Assembly (NCBI GenBank): GCA_964643065.1
Contig: CAZXPD010000006.1
Span: forward strand, 552-64,551
Origin: an uncultured Gammaproteobacteria bacterium
GTDB taxonomy: Bacteria > Cyanobacteriota > Vampirovibrionia > Gastranaerophilales > CAZEDP01
Length of the DNA: 64,000 nucleotides
Direction of reading: 5' to 3'
In this document: positions 40,351 to 50,256 of the stretch, piece after piece
Layout of the letters: each line of letters begins with the position of its first letter
Numbering within the stretch: the stretch's first letter is position 1
Notes under the pieces: generated by a model
Seen by the model: only the letters and a program-made list of their open reading frames with translations
Told to the model about the DNA's origin: nothing
The model's database searches: none
Made by a program: the position numbers and the translations under genes

Positions 40351-40683
40351 ATGAAGTATTTGTTTTCCATTTTTATTTGTCTGGCTTGTTTAATGAATAT
40401 AAAACCCGCAAAGGCAGAGAACTGGGCTGAGTTTGATTACTTTTTCGGTCCTTCCGAAATAAATACCGACAGTATAACATTTGGCAGTGACGGATATTAT
40501 TACTTTTCAATAAGAGATTCATATGATGACGGCGTCAAATATGAATATTCAGATATGGCTTTAAGCTGCACTACAAAGAAGTTATACTACAAGGACATAA
40601 AAACCGGGAAATATCTACCGGATAGCTCTGATGATGTATATGTAGACGGACTGGTAAAGATTGTTTGTAAGGACCGTTCTTAA
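40351..40683 (+). CDS. Small secreted hypothetical protein
   Basis: Signal peptide MKYLFSIFICLACLMNIKPAKA followed by E. 110 aa, no domain recognised. Confidence 0.5.
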   Translation: MKYLFSIFICLACLMNIKPAKAENWAEFDYFFGPSEINTDSITFGSDGYYYFSIRDSYDDGVKYEYSDMALSCTTKKLYYKDIKTGKYLPDSSDDVYVDGLVKIVCKDRS

Positions 40684-40885
40684 ATTTTAATTACTTTGCC
40701 TAAAAATTTTCATTAAATCTTATTTTTATAAAAAACCGCTTCGGCAGGTCTGCATGAGCAGGTGTAAACCTAATGGTCGATTTTATCCCTTACATCTTAT
40801 GGTCGATGAATACAGACACGTTTGGAGTTAATCTGATTAAAAGACAAGCCTGTAAATTAATATAGCGTTGGGAGAATAGGGGTAT

Positions 40886-42166
40886 ATGAAAAAAGTTCAC
40901 AAAATGAGAAGATTCTTTAATAAAATTTTTCTATTAAGTTTTATAACTGTATTTTCACTTTCTAATAATACTTTTGCGCAGGAAGGGAGTGCACTTTTAT
41001 CCGGTATAGAAATTAATCCTTCAAATAATAATTCTTATCAAATCGTTTTAAAATCAGATAAAAAGGTACCTTTTACGAAAATTGTTACTGCGGATGACAA
41101 AATAGTCCTTGAACTTAATGGAATTAAAACAGAAGGAAGTGTCGAAACAAACTATAATAATGCTGCAAATATAGACCATGTTATTGTTCATCCGACAGGA
41201 AACGGCAATTTAAGAATTTTTATTCAAGGAAATAATGTTTCTGCCGGCAAAATTCTTTTTGAAAACCAACCGGGAGCCCTGGGCTTTCTTAGTAACCCTG
41301 TGCCGTCAATTCAGGGACAAATTCCCGAACAGGAAACCGCAACCGAAAATGCATCAGAAAGTATAAATAATATGCCAGCGCAGACGCAAACTCAGGTATT
41401 AAACGAAAATGATTCTTTTCAAGATACTCAGGAAGAAGAAACAATAGTATTAGACAAACCCGTTAACAGTTATACTCAAAACAGGCTTCAATCCAGCGTC
41501 TTAGAAGAAGAATCAGACACTTCTCCAGCCGAAGCAAATTCTGTCATTTCTTCTTTTAAAAATGTTCTTGGCAAAACAGGTATTGATTGGCTTTTAAAAT
41601 TAGGCATTATGGTCCTGCTTGTTATAGCCGGCATTAAACTTCTTAACCCTAAACGAGACATTCGAATTGACTTATCTGCAGAAACCAGAAACAGAGATAT
41701 CAATTTGCTGAATTCTTTAAACAAAGACGTTTTATTAAGAAATACAAACAATATGCCTTCCTTAAAAGTAGGATCGGCTTTAAAAGCTCCGGGTAAAACA
41801 TTATCAAACTATGGATTAAAAGAATACCAGAACAGTCAAGTCTCGCCCTTCAAAAACTCTTTAGGATCGCAAAACAAAAAAGAAATATACACTGTATCAA
41901 ATATAAATAAACCAAAACCTTTTGCAAAAGTTCCTTCAAATACGGTTTTGCCAAAATTTTCAAATACAAGAGCAGCTGTTTTACCAAAACCTGCCATGGG
42001 CGCTTCTGAAATACATAAAGCAAAATCTAATATAGACAGTCTAAAATTCCTTGAAACAATGGCAAAGATTTATGAAAGAAACGGAAGAGCAGATCTTGCC
42101 CAAAACATAAATCTAAGCATAGCTCAGGGAAGGCAGAATATAAAAGAAAATGCACTTATAAAATAA
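40886..42166 (+). CDS. Hypothetical membrane protein with a signal peptide, an AMIN-like periplasmic domain, one TM helix and a polar tail
   Basis: Signal peptide ...FSLSNNTFAQ, an AMIN-like beta domain (IEINPSNNNSYQIVLKSDKKVPFTKIV...IVLELNGIK) and a TM helix IDWLLKLGIMVLLVIAGIKLL. Confidence 0.45.
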   Translation: MKKVHKMRRFFNKIFLLSFITVFSLSNNTFAQEGSALLSGIEINPSNNNSYQIVLKSDKKVPFTKIVTADDKIVLELNGIKTEGSVETNYNNAANIDHVIVHPTGNGNLRIFIQGNNVSAGKILFENQPGALGFLSNPVPSIQGQIPEQETATENASESINNMPAQTQTQVLNENDSFQDTQEEETIVLDKPVNSYTQNRLQSSVLEEESDTSPAEANSVISSFKNVLGKTGIDWLLKLGIMVLLVIAGIKLLNPKRDIRIDLSAETRNRDINLLNSLNKDVLLRNTNNMPSLKVGSALKAPGKTLSNYGLKEYQNSQVSPFKNSLGSQNKKEIYTVSNINKPKPFAKVPSNTVLPKFSNTRAAVLPKPAMGASEIHKAKSNIDSLKFLETMAKIYERNGRADLAQNINLSIAQGRQNIKENALIK

Positions 42167-42204
42167 ATTAAAGTTGTAAAATGATTTTGGGAAATAACCG
42201 GCTT

Positions 42205-44067
42205 CTACTTTAAAATTTTGTTCAGTATTTCTAAATAAACGCCGTTTGTCCAACCAAAACCATCTTGTTGGGGATAAAACGTTGTAACATTTATAGTTCC
42301 GTCTTCAACATTATATTTTTCAAACATTCTCCCTGTTTTGTTGTATACGTTTGTATTTACATTGAGCCATTTCTCAGAAATTCTTTTTGCGTCTTCCGTA
42401 TAACCATAATTGTTTAATGCTTCAATGGTTATCCATTGCAAAGGAGCCCATCCGTTGGGATAAGCCCATTGACATGCACCTTCCTTTTTACCTCCGGATA
42501 TCTTAGGGGTTTCATTAACAGCTGTAGCTATTCCACCCTCCCTTTCAAAATTTCTGATTACTGCATTTCTAAGAGCCTGAATTTTGTTTGCTTCTTTGTT
42601 AACGTCAAGCATTCCCACCCACAACGGATATATTGCTGATATGTTTTTGTAATCTGACTGTTCTCCCGTTCTGAAATTATAATCATAGAATAAGCCGTCT
42701 TTGGAATTATATAAATATTTCATCATATTTTGTTTTCTATTATAGGATCTTGCAGCCCATACTTTTGCTTCATCGAGCTTACCAAGTTCAGTTGCCCATT
42801 TAGCAAGCAGGATTTCATATTTATATAATAAACTGTTTAAATCAACAGGTATAAAATCACAAGCATTAGGACCAAATCTCTTTGAAAAATCCCATCCCGA
42901 CTCACACTCAGCTCTTTCATGCTGATAGAATCCTTTTTTGATTTCAACATTTGCAATTTCATCACCAAAACACTCGGGTCTTTTTTTGTCTATCGGATCA
43001 TAATATCGGTTTAGCCCGATTTCAGGAATATAATGCGTTTCTTTTTCCATCCAATTTGATTGATATTCAAAAGACACCACTTTATATGCATGTTCCATCC
43101 ATGCTCTATCCTCAGGCATACTTAAATCTTTAGGTTTGGTAATTTCGACCATTAAAGCAAGGAAAGGAGGTTGTGATCTGCTTAAATAATAAGTTCGATT
43201 TCCATTTGGAACAAAACCGAATTGTTTAACCATATACATAAAATTCTCAGTCATGCCTTTTGCAAGGTCATCTAATTCAGAATTTTTTAAACCTAACGCA
43301 GTAAAATAGCTATCCCAGTAATACACCTCTCTAAACCTACCTCCCGGTATAACGTATGGATTAGGAAGTGGAATTAAAGAACTGAAGGTTTTACACGGCG
43401 TCATTCTAACTAAATTTTTCCAGTTATTATGTATATATTCTGCTACCTTAAGATACTCATCTCGTCTTGCCTTCCCCGATCTTAAAGTCCAATTTGAAAA
43501 ATCTATATTCGGCACATCAATAGTCATTTTTAGTTGCTCATCGTTATATGTTGAATCCGGCAATATATAATATTCTGCTATAAGATTTTCTGCTTCTTCT
43601 ATAGTTTCAGGATTCACTTTATCGGCTTTAATTTCTGCATTTAGTTTATTTGCCAGCTCGACAAATCTCGGGTCAATGTTCCAATGTTTTTTTTCTCTTT
43701 TAAATATTGCGTCCGCATAAACTTTATGATCCTCACTTCTTAAGCATTTATTTATATCACCGATTCCACTAATTAATATAGAAATTAAAGGATTTCCTAA
43801 AGTCAAAGATTTTTCATTAATCAAATTATATAAATATGTTTTATTAAGAGATGCAGGCGGAAAATCTATTCCTGTAAAATCATCTTGCAGATTTGTAGCG
43901 GCTAAGGCAGGTTTAATATTAGTTATATTTATTGGCAAGAGATATTTAGGAGCTGACGCAGAAGATGACACACCAAAATAAACCGGCTCAAACATTTTTT
44001 TAACTGGTTTTATTTTCGTTGCCGGAACCACTTTTTGTTTAACGTTTATATCAATAAAAATCCTCAT
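42205..44067 (-). CDS. Trehalase (GH37) without a signal peptide, carrying a long polar N-terminal region
   Basis: Signature 1 PGGRFREVYYWDSYF and signature 2 QWAYPNGWAPLQW. Neither the ATG at 44067 nor the ATG at Met25 has a clear SD. Confidence 0.8.
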   Translation of the reverse strand: MRIFIDINVKQKVVPATKIKPVKKMFEPVYFGVSSSASAPKYLLPINITNIKPALAATNLQDDFTGIDFPPASLNKTYLYNLINEKSLTLGNPLISILISGIGDINKCLRSEDHKVYADAIFKREKKHWNIDPRFVELANKLNAEIKADKVNPETIEEAENLIAEYYILPDSTYNDEQLKMTIDVPNIDFSNWTLRSGKARRDEYLKVAEYIHNNWKNLVRMTPCKTFSSLIPLPNPYVIPGGRFREVYYWDSYFTALGLKNSELDDLAKGMTENFMYMVKQFGFVPNGNRTYYLSRSQPPFLALMVEITKPKDLSMPEDRAWMEHAYKVVSFEYQSNWMEKETHYIPEIGLNRYYDPIDKKRPECFGDEIANVEIKKGFYQHERAECESGWDFSKRFGPNACDFIPVDLNSLLYKYEILLAKWATELGKLDEAKVWAARSYNRKQNMMKYLYNSKDGLFYDYNFRTGEQSDYKNISAIYPLWVGMLDVNKEANKIQALRNAVIRNFEREGGIATAVNETPKISGGKKEGACQWAYPNGWAPLQWITIEALNNYGYTEDAKRISEKWLNVNTNVYNKTGRMFEKYNVEDGTINVTTFYPQQDGFGWTNGVYLEILNKILK

Positions 44068-44428
44068 AATCTAATAAAAGGACTGAAAGAATAATATTGC
44101 TATCTGAAAGGAAACAAATTTTTGCGATTAAGTATAAAATCTTGTTTTGTTTGACAAAGTAAGATTTAATCTTTATTAATATTTGGTTAAAATCCCAAAA
44201 ATTTTAAGATAAACAGTTTCAATTCTGATAAAAAATTTTGCCGTTCAATACCCCCTTTTATTAAAAAGCTTTACAAAAATCAAGGTCTCATAATCATTGT
44301 TATTATCTACATTTTACAACTTTTCATTACTTTCCCTGTACCGAATTTAGTTAATAATAACAAACACGATATAATATAAATAAATTTCAAAATTTACCCA
44401 TAGTAAAGCTATTTTGGCTTGGAGATAA

Positions 44429-45019
44429 ATGTACAGCATAGAAGAACTATTTCAAAAACTTCAAAAGAATAATCTTTCAGTAAGTAAAGATTTAATTTCA
44501 GGCTGTTTGCAAAACTGGCATATTGATGCTGTTTATGAAGATGAAGCCAAACAGGAATATTTCGATGATATTGCCGTAATAAAGCTGAATCAGGGATTAA
44601 AGCTAAAGGAGCAGGGCATTAACGACGAAGAGATTATGACTATAATAGGCAGCAATGTTTATAAAGCAGTAAATGCACCTGCAGTCAGAACAACAGCTAT
44701 TCAATCGCAGGAAGTACCTAACGGCGGTAACGGTCTTAAAAGAATAACCGTTGATATTACCACACAAACCCTTGCGCTTCTTGCTGACTCGATAGCAAGT
44801 AAAATATCAAACGATATTGCAAGCAGAATTCAAGACAGCGATGTCTTAAAACCAGTAGTGGACAGCGCTAAATTAACAAGAGATAATGAGGTGCTGTCAG
44901 GACATGTTAAAAAACTTTTAGAAGAAAATAAAAAACTCATAACTCGAATAAACTTTTTACTTCAAGAAAACTCAAAATTTAAGCATATTATGGGCTCTTT
45001 TTATATGAAACAGCCTTAG
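44429..45019 (+). CDS. Hypothetical protein with a C-terminal coiled coil
   Basis: 196-aa ORF with heptad-like VKKLLEENKKLITRINFLLQEN. The 3' end overlaps the convergent amidohydrolase gene by 32 nt. Confidence 0.45.
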   Translation: MYSIEELFQKLQKNNLSVSKDLISGCLQNWHIDAVYEDEAKQEYFDDIAVIKLNQGLKLKEQGINDEEIMTIIGSNVYKAVNAPAVRTTAIQSQEVPNGGNGLKRITVDITTQTLALLADSIASKISNDIASRIQDSDVLKPVVDSAKLTRDNEVLSGHVKKLLEENKKLITRINFLLQENSKFKHIMGSFYMKQP

Positions 45020-46259
45020 TAAGCTGTTTATTTTCAACTTCTAACCTGTCTTTGACATAAACCAAATCCGGCTGATTTTTACTTAAAAAATCACTGTATA
45101 TTTCACCATCTTTAAGTTTAAAAACCAAAAAATCCGCATCCTTACCATTTTCCAGAGAGCCTTTTTTGTTATCCAGCCGCAGTATTTTAGCTCCGTTTAA
45201 TGCTAACATATCCAGAATTTCAAGTGAGGTTAAAGACGTATTGCTTTTTATAAACCTTGCCTCATCCAGAATACTAAGACTATAACTGCTTGCTTTGCTA
45301 TCGGTTCCAATTCCGGCGGTTTTAGATAATCCGCTGCAGTCAAAAGTTCTTCCGTGAAGATTGATATTGCTTATGGGGCAGTGAGCAATGCCTAAGCATG
45401 TTTTCGCAAGTTTTAAAATCTCTTCTTTGCTCAAGAAGTTTAGATGTGCAAGTATCAAGTTTGATTTAAGTTCTGCTAAACCAAGTTTTTTAATATAGTT
45501 AATAATATTTTCTTCAGAGGTCAAAAGATTTAATTTACTTTGCCAACCTAAAAAATCGTGCAATTTATCAAGGCCTGATTTTTTACCCTTTATCCAATCA
45601 ATCTCTGCCTGCGATTCAGCCAGATGCGTATGAACAAGAATATTTTCTTTTAGCGCAAACTCAATAACTTTATCCCACAAAACCGGATGAACATTATATA
45701 TAGAATGCGGAGAAATTCCTATATGCAGATTATTAGGGCAATTTTTTTTCAAAAACCGGTATTTTTCTTCAAAAATCTTAAATGCTCTAATACTTGATTT
45801 TTTGTCATTTGAGAAGATTTCCAAAAACAAACAAACTTCAACCGGACTTTTGCTGATAGTCTCAACAAATTCAACCTCTTTAGACAATTGAGCAAGGCAT
45901 GTAACACCCGATTTAAGAGATTCATCAAGCCCAGCCTGCACGGAAGCATTTTTTTCTTCTATGGTTAAGAGAGAATATTTTTTCACAAGTTCAATAATCC
46001 ATTCAACAAAATCAATCCTGCCCTTTTTCTTTTCAAATTCCTCATAAACCGAAGTGTATTGAAGATGAGTATGGAGATTAACAAATCCCGGCGTTATTAC
46101 AGCATTTCCAAAGTCTGAGAACTCAATATTTGTATCATCAATACCATCTATACCTGTTTTAATTTCTTTAATTATTCCATTTTCAATAATTAAAACAGCA
46201 TCTTCAATTACAGTCGAATTGCCCGGCAAGAGCCATTTAGTTTTATAAGCTTTTTGCAT
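44988..46259 (-). CDS. Amidohydrolase-superfamily deaminase/chlorohydrolase-like protein (MtaD/SsnA-like)
   Basis: ITPGFVNLHTHL (HxH), HTHLAES and GTDS motifs. 423 aa. Confidence 0.65.
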   Translation of the reverse strand: MQKAYKTKWLLPGNSTVIEDAVLIIENGIIKEIKTGIDGIDDTNIEFSDFGNAVITPGFVNLHTHLQYTSVYEEFEKKKGRIDFVEWIIELVKKYSLLTIEEKNASVQAGLDESLKSGVTCLAQLSKEVEFVETISKSPVEVCLFLEIFSNDKKSSIRAFKIFEEKYRFLKKNCPNNLHIGISPHSIYNVHPVLWDKVIEFALKENILVHTHLAESQAEIDWIKGKKSGLDKLHDFLGWQSKLNLLTSEENIINYIKKLGLAELKSNLILAHLNFLSKEEILKLAKTCLGIAHCPISNINLHGRTFDCSGLSKTAGIGTDSKASSYSLSILDEARFIKSNTSLTSLEILDMLALNGAKILRLDNKKGSLENGKDADFLVFKLKDGEIYSDFLSKNQPDLVYVKDRLEVENKQLTKAVSYKKSP

Positions 46260-46311
46260 ACACAGTTATTCTTTTGATCTAAGCAAGATTTTACAATCTT
46301 TAAACTTATAA

Positions 46312-48381
46312 TTACAGACCTCTGACTCCGGGGAATTCATTTTTACCTGTTTTGAACCAGGTTATGAAATACTGAATTTTTGGTATGACAATAGAGAGGA
46401 AGAATGCAGAAATACCCAAACCCGTTGCTGCGTATAAAATCTTAAAGATTGAATTTTTATTTTTCATTCTGGTGGCAATTCTTTCTATATCTGCAAAAGT
46501 TACTTTATCAGAATTTTTGACTTCCTTCTCAATGTTTTTGTATAGCTGATTAACGTATTTATTAATGTCTTCTTCAAGCTCAATTAAAGTGTCGGGAGAT
46601 ACATATTTTTTCGGATTTTGCAGGTCGGATATTTCGTGGGATTTTCCAACATCTGAGAATACCAGCTTGAATGATTCGGAAATAACATCTAATTGGTCAG
46701 CATAACCGTTTTTAATTCTCTTAATTTGAGGAGTTATGCAAAAATCTTCCTTCGTTCTTAATTTTATTAAGTCGGATTTGAAGTTTTCAATCAGATTTAA
46801 TTCTTTTATCTCTTTTTCTGATAGATTTTCTCTTACTTTAGTTTTTAAAGGCTTTAAAATGTTTTCAATAAAAATGTCTAATTCATTTGTATCAGCAATA
46901 ATTCCTTCAAATCCTTTGCTGTACATTTCATCTGCAATTCTTTTTAATTTTTCGTATGCTTTTTGATTATTCTGTTCTTTAAATTTGTTTGCATACTCCA
47001 TTACAATATCTGAACCAATTGTTTGCTTGTTTATGTCAGGATATTTATCTATGTTTTTTATATCTTCTGTTATATCCCAACCCATTTCTTTTGATTTGTC
47101 TTTAAAGTCTTTAATAGTTATTTTATTTTTATGATTTGCTTGCAGATCCTCAATAAATTTTTCAAATTCAGTTTGTTCTTCACGTTTAGGGTCTATATTA
47201 TATAGATCATTACCAAATAATACTTTCTTAAGTTCTTCTTTTGAAATTCCCTCAGGATATTTTTCTTTGAAATCCTTAATTACTTTATCATTAAGGTAAT
47301 TCGCAATTCTTGGATCAAGTTTTGTATAAACACCTTGCTTTCCATCCTGCCATTTTGAAAGTCTGTCCATAATAAATGGGGTTGAGAACATATAGAAAAG
47401 TATTGAAACAGCATCTCTGAATATAATTTCTCTCTTTTCATCTTCATTTCTGGCATGACTTGTTCTGCCGTATAATATTCCGCCGTCCATTACAAGAAGG
47501 TTAACATATTTGTCGTTCTCAACGCTGTAACCTATCGTTTTCACTATATCAAAAGCCGTTCCATTTCCTTTGAAAGATGGTTTATCAAGTTTTACGGCAG
47601 ACATTTCAGATTGTTTTTTAACTGAAGTAATGAAATTATTTAAGTCCTTACTTACATTATTAGAAGTTTTAGGGTCATTTTTAAACTTAATATCACGCAC
47701 AAAATCATGCATGCTGTTTGCACAAACAGCCGGTTTGCATTTACATTCTTCACTTATATCCTTAAGATGTTTCCTTTCGGTTCTTAATTTTCTGGTAAGA
47801 GTCTGATTGAAGTTTATCAACACAGTACCAATGATGTAGAGAGGCACAACAACACTTAAAGCTACTTTTGCAAACTTTAGAGCCATGACCTTGGTTTTAT
47901 AATTATTGCCCAAGCCGTCACACGCCCTGTCAAGAGGATCTTTAAGCCAATCAATAAGTCCTTTGCATTCGGTATTTTTGAATTCTTCTTTTTTAATAGC
48001 ACTTTTTATAGCTTCGGGGGACAATTTTTTCTCTCTGAACCATTTTTTAGGAACCAAATCAATTGATGTATCTATGTTAAAAAACTTTTTTGAAAAGACA
48101 TCAAACAAATCCCCGAATTTCTTCATCCCGAAAAGCCATATTAAGGATGTTGTTATCTCTTCAATGGCGCGTTCCCTGAACTCGTCTTCCCCGCCGCGTT
48201 TTTTTGCTTCGTAGCATCTTCCTGCAATTACGGTTGATTCAAGAAGAATTACCGGCAGGAGATATTTTTTGGGATAGCTTAAGTTTACGAGGAGTTTCTG
48301 AGCAAGTTTGCTGTTTATATTCTTGCTGAGTCTGCTCCCTGGTGTCTCAAGTTCTTTTGTAATATTTGGATTAATTTTCAT
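46312..48381 (-). CDS. Large orphan membrane-associated protein
   Basis: 689-aa ORF with the N-terminus MKINPNITKEL. It has a hydrophobic helix in the middle (VALSVVVPLYIIGTVLINF) and one at the C-terminus (ILYAATGLGISAFFLSIVIP), plus Lys/Glu-rich regions. No family recognised. Confidence 0.55.
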   Translation of the reverse strand: MKINPNITKELETPGSRLSKNINSKLAQKLLVNLSYPKKYLLPVILLESTVIAGRCYEAKKRGGEDEFRERAIEEITTSLIWLFGMKKFGDLFDVFSKKFFNIDTSIDLVPKKWFREKKLSPEAIKSAIKKEEFKNTECKGLIDWLKDPLDRACDGLGNNYKTKVMALKFAKVALSVVVPLYIIGTVLINFNQTLTRKLRTERKHLKDISEECKCKPAVCANSMHDFVRDIKFKNDPKTSNNVSKDLNNFITSVKKQSEMSAVKLDKPSFKGNGTAFDIVKTIGYSVENDKYVNLLVMDGGILYGRTSHARNEDEKREIIFRDAVSILFYMFSTPFIMDRLSKWQDGKQGVYTKLDPRIANYLNDKVIKDFKEKYPEGISKEELKKVLFGNDLYNIDPKREEQTEFEKFIEDLQANHKNKITIKDFKDKSKEMGWDITEDIKNIDKYPDINKQTIGSDIVMEYANKFKEQNNQKAYEKLKRIADEMYSKGFEGIIADTNELDIFIENILKPLKTKVRENLSEKEIKELNLIENFKSDLIKLRTKEDFCITPQIKRIKNGYADQLDVISESFKLVFSDVGKSHEISDLQNPKKYVSPDTLIELEEDINKYVNQLYKNIEKEVKNSDKVTFADIERIATRMKNKNSIFKILYAATGLGISAFFLSIVIPKIQYFITWFKTGKNEFPGVRGL

Positions 48382-48699
48382 CCGTTATTCTTATCTTCAA
48401 TAAAATATCTAAATAGACATCATTTTGGCTTTACATGTAAAAACGAAACCACTTAAAAAGTTTACAAAGTTATGTAAAAATATTAAGAAAAATTAATTTC
48501 TGTACAGCTTAGAATAAAGTTTTCCAATACAAATATGTTTTCAAAATCAAAACGCTCTCCCTCGCTCCTAAAATGTTTTTTACTCTCAAATAAAGGTTTT
48601 CGGCTATAACTAATTAATCATAAATGGTATAAAATAATGTTTTAGATTGTGTTCATTTAGAAAAAATTCATTTTACATTAAAAATTTATAGAGGTGCAA

Positions 48700-50145
48700 A
48701 TGCTGAATTTAATAAAAACCAAAATAATAGCGACAGTCGGACCTGCCTGCAGTGATGAGGAAAAGATAACGCAGATGATTAAATCCGGTGCAAGAGTTTT
48801 CAGAATCAATTCTTCACACGGTAATATAGAAGACCATAAAGCAAGCATAGAACTGATAAGAAAAGTCTCTAAAAAGCTTCACAGGCATATTGCTGTTTTG
48901 TTGGATTTACAGGGACCCAAAATCAGAGTAGGCAACCTTAAAGCACCGATGAAGCTTAAAGATAAAGATGAAGTTGTTATAAAACCTGATATCGATGCGA
49001 AATCTTCAGATTATATTCCTGTAGATTATGAAGGCATAACAAAAGACGTTCAAAGGGGAGACAGGATTCTGCTTGATGACGGAAAAATCGAACTTGAAGC
49101 AATAAGGGTTACAAAAGAAAGCATAACTGCAAAAGTAATCCACGGAGGAATATTAAACTCAAGAAAAGGGCTTAATATTCCCGGAACTACTGCAAGTATC
49201 CCCGCAGTAACAGAAAAAGACGCAGAATATATAAAATTTGCCGTTGAGAATGACCTTGATTATCTTGCATTATCTTTTGTAAGAACCAAAGAAGATGTAA
49301 TAACAGCTAAAGAATATGTCAATAAATATAAAGGCAGTATTCCCGTAATTGCAAAAATTGAAAAACCGCAGGCGTTGGATAATCTCGAAATGATAATATC
49401 CGCATCGGACGGTATTATGGTTGCAAGAGGCGATTTAGGCATAGAAATATCCCCGGAACAAGTTCCTATTGTCCAGAAAAAAATAATTAAAGAAGCTAAT
49501 AACCAACGAAAACCAGTTATAACTGCAACTCAAATGCTTGAATCAATGATTCTTCAACCGCTGCCTACAAGAGCCGAGGCGGCTGACGTAGCAAACGCCA
49601 TTATTGACGGCACCGATGCGGTTATGCTTTCGGGCGAAACAGCAGTCGGAAGCTATCCCGTCGAGGCTGTTACTATGATGGCATCTATTTCCAAAAACGT
49701 TGAAGCGAGCAATCTTTTGAGCCTGAATGACCATCATCAAAAAGGGAAGGATATTTATGAAGTTGATTCTCAGGCAATAGCCAGCGCTGTTGTTAATATT
49801 CTGGGCGAGATAGATATTGATGCCATTATTGCCTTCACGAGGTCAGGATTTACCGCTAAACTCCTTTCTAAGGTTAAACCTTCAGTTCCGATTATAGCTA
49901 TTTCGGATAAAGAAGCCGTATGCAGAAGGCTTAATCTTTATTGGGATGTTTTCCCGTACCTGATGAAATTTGAGCAGAGTTTTACGGAAGAACTTCTCAA
50001 GAGCATTGACGAAAAAATGATAAAAGAAAAGATATTAAATGCGGGCGACAAAGTAATAATTACAGGCGGACTGCCGTATTTGTCGGTCGGCAAGACAAAC
50101 TTTATCAGACTTCATCAGATAGGCTCGTCAGGAACACTTTATTAG
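48700..50145 (+). CDS. pyk: Pyruvate kinase
   Basis: TKIIATVGP, RINSSHG, DLQGPKIR and MVARGDLGIE. The ATG at 48700 has GAGG 5 nt upstream. Confidence 0.9.
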   Translation: MLNLIKTKIIATVGPACSDEEKITQMIKSGARVFRINSSHGNIEDHKASIELIRKVSKKLHRHIAVLLDLQGPKIRVGNLKAPMKLKDKDEVVIKPDIDAKSSDYIPVDYEGITKDVQRGDRILLDDGKIELEAIRVTKESITAKVIHGGILNSRKGLNIPGTTASIPAVTEKDAEYIKFAVENDLDYLALSFVRTKEDVITAKEYVNKYKGSIPVIAKIEKPQALDNLEMIISASDGIMVARGDLGIEISPEQVPIVQKKIIKEANNQRKPVITATQMLESMILQPLPTRAEAADVANAIIDGTDAVMLSGETAVGSYPVEAVTMMASISKNVEASNLLSLNDHHQKGKDIYEVDSQAIASAVVNILGEIDIDAIIAFTRSGFTAKLLSKVKPSVPIIAISDKEAVCRRLNLYWDVFPYLMKFEQSFTEELLKSIDEKMIKEKILNAGDKVIITGGLPYLSVGKTNFIRLHQIGSSGTLY

Positions 50146-50256
50146 TTTCAAAATTTATAATAAATGTAAATTATTATTACAAGCATTTGTTTACAGTATC
50201 AACTTTTGACATGTTCTGTTTTTAAGCCTGCAAAGAAATTTGAAAGGGAAATTAGA

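Noticed and set aside
40740-40860. Possible structured RNA in the 202-bp gap before the AMIN-like gene. It has small hairpins (CCGC-TTCG-GCAGG and CTGC-ATGA-GCAG) and a repeated ATGGTCGAT.
   Set aside because: It matches no riboswitch or sRNA consensus that I know. The stems are short, and covariation data would be needed before calling a feature.
42205-44067. Trehalase as a periplasmic enzyme with a Sec signal peptide.
   Set aside because: The N-terminal 90 residues contain no hydrophobic h-region. The N-terminus instead resembles the shared polar extension reported in the findings.
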